Below are positions 17,749-24,885 of a DNA stretch of 40,547 bases, in pieces. The notes under the pieces were generated by a model. The model saw only the letters and a program-made list of their open reading frames with translations, searched no databases and was not told where the DNA came from. How positions within the stretch are numbered: the first letter of the stretch is position 1; every line of letters begins with the position of its first letter. Position numbers and translations under genes: made by a program. This stretch comes from a virus, in IMG/VR virus record IMGVR_UViG_3300045988_136392, positions 1 through 40,547 of that record; one strand, written 5' to 3'.

Positions 17749-19343
17749 TGCTTGACGAGGAGAAGGACGCTAGCGCCGAATCGGAGGACGCTCTAAGCGA
17801 TATGGAGCTTGCGATGCTCATCGCCACTGCTTCCGCCTTGCTTTCCGCTCCGATAGCGCACAAGGCTATCAGGAAGAGCGGGAGGGCGCTTCTCGCGAAG
17901 TTGCAGCAGATAGCGGGGGCGAACCGAGAAGCCGTCAACGAAGCCATCGAGCACGACTTCCGAGGTAGCTTCATACGCAACTGGCTTGCAGATATAGAGG
18001 ACGCTGGGAAGGCTACGCCGAAGGGGATAGCAAGCGCGGCGCAACGTGCTCAGATGCGAGCGAGGAACCCTGCAAGGACGGTTATGAAATACGCAGGCAA
18101 GCTGTCGCAGCAGATGGCGCAGAGCGCCTACATGGAGTATCTAAAGATAGCTTCGGAAGCGGCATTTGCGTCAACGGGCAACATCGATGATCCAGGCGTG
18201 GGGTACGAACGGGCGCTGTCGGCAGGAATCGCGAAGATGGCGCGTAAAGGCTTGACGGCTTCGACCTACACGCGCAGGGACGGGACGGTTGTTCATGTTC
18301 CCGTTGACGTTGGGATCAGGAGGGCGATTGCGGCAGAGGGACGCGAGCCGAAGATCAAGGCAACGCTCGATGCGGCTGACAGCTCGTTCGGCTTGGTCGA
18401 GGTCAGCAAGACGGCTAACCCCCGCGACACGCACCACCGCTGGGAGGGGCGAGTTTACTCCACGGGCGCTAGCACCGCAGGCTTCCCGAGCTTCGAGGAG
18501 GTCGTAGGCGATCAGATAAACGACTACAACTGCGGTCACCGCATCCGCGTTTTCAACCCGAACATTGGGCGGCGGTTCTCCGATCCGCTTGAGGGTACGG
18601 GATACACGGCTGAGGAATCGGCGGCGCTGCACACCGAGCAGGCTAAGCTTGAGAACGATATTCGAAAGCTAAAGCGCGAGCATGAGGTGCTTCACAGCAT
18701 GAAGCTCGATACCGAGGACGTTAACCGCCGACTGAAGTACAAGCGCAGCGAGCTGCAATACCTGCTGAGCAGGCATCCGAAGATTCTAAGCCGCCGCGAA
18801 TGGCGCGAGTACACATACGAGACGGCAAGGCGCAGGCTCGGACTTTACGGAAAAGTGCATATTGACGAGGATAAGCGGCTTGAGGTTCAGCTCGCCGATT
18901 CAAAGCGGTGGGAGGAAACAAGGAGCAGGCTTAACGCCAACAAACAGGCGTGGGTCGATTACAAGGCTCGAACGATGGACGAGGAGAAGCTTTCCATCAG
19001 AGCAGGAGCGCAGCGTAAGCACATCAAGGGAACCAGGGAATACGAGCAGCACATAGACGTTTCCAACAGGAAGGGGTTCCCCGAGCCGAGCCGAATAACG
19101 GTGAGCATCGAGGAAGCCGAAGAGTTGGTGCGCAAGTACGCTGGCAAGGGTACAATGAAAACGAAGCGTTCTGGCGGATGGAACGGCACGGAGATTTGCG
19201 CAGCCAACAAGGTAGTAGGGTTTGTCGTTCGCAAGGACGGAACGGAAGTCCCAACGCGCCTTTTTAAGATTCACTACAGCAAGACGGGAACGCACATCGT
19301 TCCGTATGCAAAGGATGGGAAGCCATGGAATGGCAAGAGCTAA
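17748..19343 (+). CDS. head morphogenesis protein (Mu F / SPP1 gp7 family) with long C-terminal extension
   Basis: MuF core ...NPRDTHHRWEGRVYS....DYNCGHRIRVFNP... within the first about 270 aa. About 260 extra residues follow: a coiled-coil and then a basic C-terminal domain of about 100 aa. Confidence 0.8.
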   Translation: MLDEEKDASAESEDALSDMELAMLIATASALLSAPIAHKAIRKSGRALLAKLQQIAGANREAVNEAIEHDFRGSFIRNWLADIEDAGKATPKGIASAAQRAQMRARNPARTVMKYAGKLSQQMAQSAYMEYLKIASEAAFASTGNIDDPGVGYERALSAGIAKMARKGLTASTYTRRDGTVVHVPVDVGIRRAIAAEGREPKIKATLDAADSSFGLVEVSKTANPRDTHHRWEGRVYSTGASTAGFPSFEEVVGDQINDYNCGHRIRVFNPNIGRRFSDPLEGTGYTAEESAALHTEQAKLENDIRKLKREHEVLHSMKLDTEDVNRRLKYKRSELQYLLSRHPKILSRREWREYTYETARRRLGLYGKVHIDEDKRLEVQLADSKRWEETRSRLNANKQAWVDYKARTMDEEKLSIRAGAQRKHIKGTREYEQHIDVSNRKGFPEPSRITVSIEEAEELVRKYAGKGTMKTKRSGGWNGTEICAANKVVGFVVRKDGTEVPTRLFKIHYSKTGTHIVPYAKDGKPWNGKS

Positions 19344-19540
19344 AGAGCATCGAGGAAACGCTATGGGATAACAACGTTGAGGTTCGATGCACCGATGGGC
19401 AGGTTGTGCGCGGCGCGTACTGGTGCCACAACGCATCGGAGGTCGAAGAGGACGACGAAATCGAGATAGACATCAAGCAGAAGGCGTTCTTCGTTAGCGT
19501 TCCTATCAATGAAATCGTTTCAATAACCGTTTTAGACTGA
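19325..19540 (+). CDS. small hypothetical protein (71 aa)
   Basis: ORF overlapping the MuF 3' end, followed by a terminator. Confidence 0.3.
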   Translation: MEWQELKSIEETLWDNNVEVRCTDGQVVRGAYWCHNASEVEEDDEIEIDIKQKAFFVSVPINEIVSITVLD

Positions 19541-19543
19541 TTA

Positions 19544-19588
19544 AAAGCCGCTTCCAAGGTCATTCGACCGAAGAAGCGGCTTCTTTTA
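19544..19588 (+). terminator. Rho-independent terminator
   Basis: AAAAGCCGCTTC ... GAAGCGGCTTCTTTT. Confidence 0.75.
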
Positions 19589-19648
19589 TGCAGCTGTGCG
19601 GGATTGTGGATAACTCGGGGGCAACAGCCCATGAACCCGCTAAGCCAT

Positions 19649-19710
19649 GTACCAGCCAACTGGTACAAAATACGCATGATTTGTACGGGCTAACTGGTAC
19701 AAAACACGCA
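19649..19710. repeat. palindrome GTACCAG-CCAA-CTGGTAC and 19-bp direct repeats AACTGGTACAAAA(T/C)ACGCA x2 in a 260-bp non-coding island
   Basis: Direct repeats at 19658-19676 and 19692-19710. Palindrome at 19649-19666. Confidence 0.6.
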
Positions 19711-19846
19711 CAAAAGGTATCAAGTATAGAGTTACTAGAGGATAGATATATGGGCATGGAAGAGGGATATTCCATATACCCCCAAGAAAGCCCCTTACCC
19801 ATTGTGGAAAACCCGCAACAGGCACGAACAAAGCGCCATAACCGAT

Positions 19847-19876
19847 GAAAGCCGCAAAAAAGCGGCTTTTCTTTTG
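19847..19876 (+). terminator. Rho-independent terminator
   Basis: AAAGCCGC-AAAAAA-GCGGCTTT plus T-run. Confidence 0.75.
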
Positions 19877-19951
19877 CCTATAAACAGGATTTCTGTTCAT
19901 AAGCCAAAAAAACGGCTTGTATTTCGGTCTATCGCCCTGACGCATCAAAGC

Positions 19952-19966
19952 GCCCTGCGACACGCA
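19952..19966 (+). promoter_or_regulatory. conserved late-operon element, copy 2 (GCCCTGCGACACGCA)
   Basis: Same CTGCGACACG core, 88 bp upstream of the scaffold gene, after a terminator. Confidence 0.5.
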
Positions 19967-20053
19967 AATAGATTCTTCCTTGCTTGGGATAGCGCAAAAA
20001 ACCCACCTAAGAGCGGAGAGAACCGCGCAAACAACCACTAGGAAGGAACAGGA

Positions 20054-20608
20054 ATGCAAAAGCAAAACGATCCAGAAGAGAACAAGCTTTCTGCGCAAGG
20101 AGCAGGCGAGAACGCCAACGGTGAAGGCGCACAGGGCGATAACGCCAATGGCGGCAACGCCAACGGTGAAGGCGCACAGGGCGAGGGAAACGATGGCGAT
20201 GACGGCAAGGTGCTAGACAGCCACGGTCAGCCAGGGATCAACAAGGAGCGCCACGACAAAGAGGTTGCCGAGTTGAGGAAGCAGATCGAGGAGCTTAAAG
20301 CCGATGCCGCAGAAGCCGCAGAATCGAAGGCTAAGCGCGCTGAGTACGAGCAGAAGGTCAGCGACCTTGAGGGCAAGCTTGCCGATTCCGAGCTGTCGCG
20401 AAAGCTTGAGAAGGTAGGTTGCCGATCCGTCAAGGCTGCAAAGGCTCTGCTTCCCGATTATGACGGAGACGTTGAGAAGCTACGCGCTGCCGAGCCGTTC
20501 CTGTTCGAAGAGGTCAAGCCTACTGGCTCCACGGGATTCAAGCCGAAGGCGGCTGATCCCAAGGACGATCAGGAGGAGCTTGACAAGCTATTCGGAATCA
20601 AGAAGTAA
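20054..20608 (+). CDS. capsid scaffolding protein
   Basis: Low-complexity acidic N-terminus, coiled-coil, and C-terminal ...LLPDYDGDVEKLRAAEPFLFEE... typical of Firmicutes phage scaffold proteins. Immediately upstream of the major capsid gene. Confidence 0.75.
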   Translation: MQKQNDPEENKLSAQGAGENANGEGAQGDNANGGNANGEGAQGEGNDGDDGKVLDSHGQPGINKERHDKEVAELRKQIEELKADAAEAAESKAKRAEYEQKVSDLEGKLADSELSRKLEKVGCRSVKAAKALLPDYDGDVEKLRAAEPFLFEEVKPTGSTGFKPKAADPKDDQEELDKLFGIKK

Positions 20609-20617
20609 GGAGCAATA

Positions 20618-21511
20618 ATGCCCGTAAACCTCGGAGATTACGCATCTAAATTTACTACGCAGCTCGATACCATCATCGAGCGCGAATCCCTGACCTCCGA
20701 CCTCGGAAACGGCGGTCTGCTCGGTGAGTTCACCGATGCAGGCGAGGTCAAGGTTCCCGACATCGTTGTCGAGGGACTGGCTGATTACAGCCGAACCGAT
20801 GGCTTTGTGTCCGGCGGATACACCTTCGGCTGGCAGACTTACAAGCTTCGCTACGATCGCGGTCGAGAGTTCAGCATCGACATCCTCGATGACGAGGAAC
20901 GCGCTAAGATCGTCTCCGCTAGCGTGATGAGCGAGTTCACGCGAACCAAGGTCATTCCAGAGATGGACGCTGTCCGATTCGCAACCATGCACGAGCACGC
21001 AGGCGTTCAGAAGGCTGAGACTATCACCACGCCCGAAGCAGCCGTGAAGGCTATCGAAGCTGCTGAGAACAAGATGCAGGACATCGGCATAGACCTCTCT
21101 GGCGTTGTGCTCTACTGCACCAGCGAGTTCAAGTCGCTTCTGCGAGCAGCGCAGAATTACCGCATGAGCCAGGGCGAGAACCCCAACGGTCGATTCACCT
21201 TCTACGATGACATGAAGATCGTTCCCGTGCCTTCCGCTCGATTCCAGACCAAGATCGAGCTGCTTGACGGCACCACTTCCAGCGAGGAAGCAGGCGGATT
21301 CAAGGCTGCTTCCGATGCGAAGCTGATCAACTTCATGCTTGTAGATCCTTCTGCCGCACTGGCAATCCAGAAGCACCAGACGCTTCGCTACTTCGCCCCT
21401 GCGGTAAACCAGAAGCGCGATGCGCATCTTTGGCAGTATCGCGTGTTCCATGACCTTCTCGTGCTCAAGAACAAGAAGGACAAGATTTACGCTTCCGTCC
21501 CTGCAGCTTAG
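20618..21511 (+). CDS. major capsid protein
   Basis: 297-aa protein directly after the scaffold gene with a strong RBS (AGGAGCAATAATG). Position and size canonical. Confidence 0.8.
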   Translation: MPVNLGDYASKFTTQLDTIIERESLTSDLGNGGLLGEFTDAGEVKVPDIVVEGLADYSRTDGFVSGGYTFGWQTYKLRYDRGREFSIDILDDEERAKIVSASVMSEFTRTKVIPEMDAVRFATMHEHAGVQKAETITTPEAAVKAIEAAENKMQDIGIDLSGVVLYCTSEFKSLLRAAQNYRMSQGENPNGRFTFYDDMKIVPVPSARFQTKIELLDGTTSSEEAGGFKAASDAKLINFMLVDPSAALAIQKHQTLRYFAPAVNQKRDAHLWQYRVFHDLLVLKNKKDKIYASVPAA

Positions 21512-21615
21512 GAGGGGTTTATGTCAACAATCGTAGGAAGCAACGGAACGCCATCCCCAAAGTGCAAGCCTAAGGCTCGGCCTTCGGCTGCTGGCGCCAA
21601 GGGGCAATAGGCCCC

Positions 21616-21954
21616 ATGGGAGCATACGACCCGACATACGCGGAGTTCGAGGCTTGGGGCGGCACGCTGCAGGAGGGTGCCTTCATGCAGCTGCTTCCAC
21701 AGGCGTGTGCCATGGTGCGTGACCTGGAGTTCCCGAACGAGCCGGACGATGCAACTGCTCAAGCGCACTGCAACGCCGTATGCGCCGCCATCTCGGCGGC
21801 GTCGTTGAACGGCGGTTTCGCAGGAGCTGGGTTCACGCTCGGCTCTTTCAGCGTGAGCGGCGGCGGCTACTCCGAAGCCACGCAAGCCGTTGCAGATGCG
21901 GCAAGGCGCGAGCTTGTGGGTTCTGGCTTGCTGTTCAAGGGGATGATCCGATGA
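21616..21954 (+). CDS. head-tail connector/head completion protein (candidate)
   Basis: Position after the major capsid gene. About 110 aa. Confidence 0.4.
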   Translation: MGAYDPTYAEFEAWGGTLQEGAFMQLLPQACAMVRDLEFPNEPDDATAQAHCNAVCAAISAASLNGGFAGAGFTLGSFSVSGGGYSEATQAVADAARRELVGSGLLFKGMIR

Positions 21955-22280
21955 TCCCGCCAATTCCAATATCGGTGCGCACATCGAGCATCCGGGTTCG
22001 CAAGCCTGTCGAGAGCGATTTCGGCGGCGAGTACGGCGAGCCTGAGACGATCGAGAACGTGCGGTTCGAGGGCGTTTCCGCGATGGTTCGCGATGAGTAC
22101 CGCCTTGTCGATGGCGCTAAAGGCTTGCTTTGGGTCGATGCAACCAGCAAGGGCGCGTTCGCGATCCCCGAAGGCTCGCTTGTGTCGGTTGACGGCGGCG
22201 AGTGGCTAACCGCCGCTTCCGTTGCCCCGTTCAAGGGTTTCGGAACGCGCATACACCATTGGGAGATTCAGCTGTCATGA
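21951..22280 (+). CDS. head-tail adaptor/head closure protein (candidate)
   Basis: ATGA-coupled. About 110 aa. Confidence 0.4.
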   Translation: MIPPIPISVRTSSIRVRKPVESDFGGEYGEPETIENVRFEGVSAMVRDEYRLVDGAKGLLWVDATSKGAFAIPEGSLVSVDGGEWLTAASVAPFKGFGTRIHHWEIQLS

Positions 22281-22615
22281 GCGATGGGATGCGTTTCAAG
22301 GTCGAGTTCGATGCTGAGGAGCTTCTTGGGCGCTTTGTGTCGGAGAACGCGAAGAAGGTTCTGCTCGATGACATCAAGGCGGATTCGAACGAGTACGTGC
22401 CAGTGCGAACTGGAAATCTCCGCGATTCTTGGGTTGTCGATGTCTCGGACGGCTCGGTTTCGTGGACAACGGAGTACGCGCAGGCGATGTACGAGCGCGA
22501 CCACGTGGGATCGACCAAGAACGACAAAGCCACGGGACACTGGTTCGAGACGGCTAAGGATAACCATCTAGACCAGTGGATTCAAGACGTTAAGGACGCT
22601 CTGTTCTCAAGATGA
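22277..22615 (+). CDS. HK97 gp10-family tail/neck protein
   Basis: VPVRTGNLRDSW motif (TG.LR.S) typical of the HK97 gp10 family. Confidence 0.55.
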   Translation: MSDGMRFKVEFDAEELLGRFVSENAKKVLLDDIKADSNEYVPVRTGNLRDSWVVDVSDGSVSWTTEYAQAMYERDHVGSTKNDKATGHWFETAKDNHLDQWIQDVKDALFSR

Positions 22616-23013
22616 AACACACTATCGACCTACCGATCGCAGCAAGGGACGCTGTCAGGGCATGGGGCTTTGCGGACGCTGAGTGCCGCAGGCTCGACAC
22701 CATGACGGGCAAGAGCGGGATCGTTGTTCGGCACATCGTAACAACGGTTTCGAGCGCCTACTACAACGGCGAGCGGACGCTTCGGTACGTGTACCAGGTT
22801 GTGAGCCGCAGGACATCTGCGGCGCAGGCGATGGAGGAAGTCGCAACAATCGCGTACATGATGGAGCACATGCCGCTGACCAGCTCAAACGGCTCTTTCC
22901 GCTTCATCGATCAAGAGATTTACACGGAACCGCACGAGATAGCGGTTGACGATTCAGGCTATCACGTTTGGGCGGTCGGCTTCGTTGCCGAGATCGTGCC
23001 GAACAGCCGATAA
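22612..23013 (+). CDS. tail completion/terminator protein (candidate)
   Basis: Position immediately upstream of the major tail gene. Confidence 0.4.
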   Translation: MKHTIDLPIAARDAVRAWGFADAECRRLDTMTGKSGIVVRHIVTTVSSAYYNGERTLRYVYQVVSRRTSAAQAMEEVATIAYMMEHMPLTSSNGSFRFIDQEIYTEPHEIAVDDSGYHVWAVGFVAEIVPNSR

Positions 23014-23024
23014 GGAGGAATCAC

Positions 23025-23720
23025 ATGGACATCGGATTCGCAATGAACTATGCGAACCTTTACGAGATCAACACCACGCCCGAAGCGGCGGCTCCAACGT
23101 GGGAGCGCGTTGCAGCAGGCATCAACTCCGTTGAGTGGGAGGGCAACGAAGAGGTCGCTCAGGATTCCTATTACGATGGGGACGGACTTTCCTCTTCCGA
23201 GGTCACTGGCGGTCAGATCGTAGGCACCTTCGAGGGGCATCGAATCCACGGCAACCCCGCGCAAGACTTCATCGCTTCCCGCCTGGTTGCCTACGGCGCA
23301 GACCGCAAGACCGACTTCAAGTGGATCGCCCCAGACGGTCAGACGCTTGAAGGCATCGTCACCATCGCGAACATCAATCCGCAGGGCGGCGATCCAAACG
23401 CAAAGTCGGACTTCGGATTCGAGGTTCACTTCAACGGAATGCCGCGCTTCACCGAGGGCGATTCCGACACGTTCCCCGAAGCAATCCAGGCAACCGCAGT
23501 AACGGTAAAGGTCGGCGAAACCGCAAGCGTGAACCCGACCATCACGCCTGAGAAGGCTTCCCCCGCCGTTGCCTACGCGATCGAGGACACGAATATCGCA
23601 ACCGTTGACGCTAACGGCACGGTTAAGGGCGTTAAGGCAGGCAAGACGAAGGTAACGATCAAGTCTTGCGTCCGCCCGATCATCGCGATTCAGGCAGATG
23701 TCACGGTGTCTGGCTCTTAA
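23025..23720 (+). CDS. major tail protein with C-terminal Ig-like (Big_2) domain
   Basis: Strong RBS AAGGAGGAATCAC then ATG. C-terminus TAVTVKVGETASVNPTITPE...VAYAIEDTNIATVDANGTVKGVKAGKTKVTIK is a Big_2-type Ig fold. A terminator follows. Confidence 0.7.
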   Translation: MDIGFAMNYANLYEINTTPEAAAPTWERVAAGINSVEWEGNEEVAQDSYYDGDGLSSSEVTGGQIVGTFEGHRIHGNPAQDFIASRLVAYGADRKTDFKWIAPDGQTLEGIVTIANINPQGGDPNAKSDFGFEVHFNGMPRFTEGDSDTFPEAIQATAVTVKVGETASVNPTITPEKASPAVAYAIEDTNIATVDANGTVKGVKAGKTKVTIKSCVRPIIAIQADVTVSGS

Positions 23721-23754
23721 GCCACGCCGTGCGACAAGCCACAAAGATATAGAG

Positions 23755-23799
23755 CCGTCAGGGGCAAGCACCGCACCGCTTCCCCTGGCGGTTCTTTTT
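23755..23799 (+). terminator. Rho-independent terminator after the major tail gene
   Basis: CCGTCAGGGG ... CCCCTGGCGG stem (9/10) plus T-run. Confidence 0.65.
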
Positions 23800-23837
23800 G
23801 TCTGCGGGTGCGGAAAGCAGATAGCGAGGTGCGGCAC

Positions 23838-24272
23838 ATGGCAACCGTAATCGGATTGAAAAAGACAAAGCAGGAGATCAAGATCGATGATTCCCCTGAT
23901 TCCCCGTCCTTTGTGATGGACATGGGCGCAACGAGCATATGGGGCAACGCGCAGAAGCTGCATTCCCTGCTCGGAGATGCGCGGAAGATCGAGCTTCTTC
24001 TGAGCGAGATCGATGAGGACAACCAGGCGCTTGCGGATGAAGCGGTTGCCAAGACCAACGAGCTTTATGAGACGATCATCGATTCCTATCTTGAGGAAGG
24101 CGCATACCAGCAGATCGTTGATTACATTTCTGGCGGCAACCGAACCGATGCGCTTTTTGCCCTGGCTCCGCTGATCTCGTTCTTCACCGAGAAAACCGTG
24201 GAGGTCATCGGCGAGCTTGATAAGGGCGCTAAGGAGAGGTACCTGGCAGATGTTGCAGCGCAAGCGCAGTAG
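23838..24272 (+). CDS. tail assembly chaperone (gpG position)
   Basis: GAGGTG RBS then ATG 23838. Located between the major tail and tape measure genes. Confidence 0.55.
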   Translation: MATVIGLKKTKQEIKIDDSPDSPSFVMDMGATSIWGNAQKLHSLLGDARKIELLLSEIDEDNQALADEAVAKTNELYETIIDSYLEEGAYQQIVDYISGGNRTDALFALAPLISFFTEKTVEVIGELDKGAKERYLADVAAQAQ

Positions 24273-24882
24273 GAAGCCAACGGCGTTCCTGTACGGCGGC
24301 GAAGAGGTGCTTGTCTTCGCCGATGCGCGAACATCGCTCAAGGTGATCGATCTCTTCAACGACGGCGAGCTTTACGAGGAGCTTAAAGCCGAGATTCTTC
24401 TTCGCCTTCTGTTCCCCGACCCTGCGGGAACGGTGAAGCGGCTCGGTGCAGGCTTCAAGCCGTTTCTCTCCGAGCTGCTTTGGGAGCTTTGCGGCTTGGA
24501 CGTTGACGGTACGCACAGCGGCGATGCAGGCGGTGAGCGCGTCATCGACTTCAAGCACGATTCCGAGCTTATAAGCGCATCGGTGATGGCTGCATACGGT
24601 CGCTCTTTTGACGAGCTGGCGAGCCAATGCACCCTGCGCGAGCTAACCGTGCTGCTCGGTCTTGCGCCCTATGAGACACCGATCGGGCAGGCGGTCTATT
24701 ACCGCACGGCGAAGCCGCCGAAGGCAACCAAGTACAACAAAGATGAAGTCGCTAGGTTCAAGCGGCTCCAAGAACACTACAGGATCAAAGACCAGGTGCG
24801 GGTTGGGGATTCGATGCAACGGCAGTCGCAGGCTGCCTTCGATGCTTTCAAATCGCTCAGCATATCAGCGAAAAGGGGTTAG
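24250..24882 (+). CDS. tail assembly chaperone gpT-position product (own ATG 24250, or +1 frameshift extension from 23838 ORF entering at 24217-24272)
   Basis: ORF in the +1 frame overlapping the gpG-like stop. AAGGAGAGG lies 12 nt before ATG 24250. Confidence 0.45.
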   Translation: MLQRKRSRKPTAFLYGGEEVLVFADARTSLKVIDLFNDGELYEELKAEILLRLLFPDPAGTVKRLGAGFKPFLSELLWELCGLDVDGTHSGDAGGERVIDFKHDSELISASVMAAYGRSFDELASQCTLRELTVLLGLAPYETPIGQAVYYRTAKPPKATKYNKDEVARFKRLQEHYRIKDQVRVGDSMQRQSQAAFDAFKSLSISAKRG

Positions 24883-24885
24883 CCT

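Noticed and set aside
19640-20098. 152-aa hydrophobic minus-strand ORF in the non-coding island
   Set aside because: It reads through two plus-strand terminators and into the scaffold start. It has no RBS, and its hydrophobicity comes from poly-A/T tracts of the terminators.
20588-21451. 287-aa minus-strand ORF
   Set aside because: It is antisense to the major capsid gene.
22962-24359. 465-aa minus-strand ORF
   Set aside because: It is antisense to the major tail and chaperone genes. It has no RBS or domain, and long antisense ORFs are expected at this GC content.
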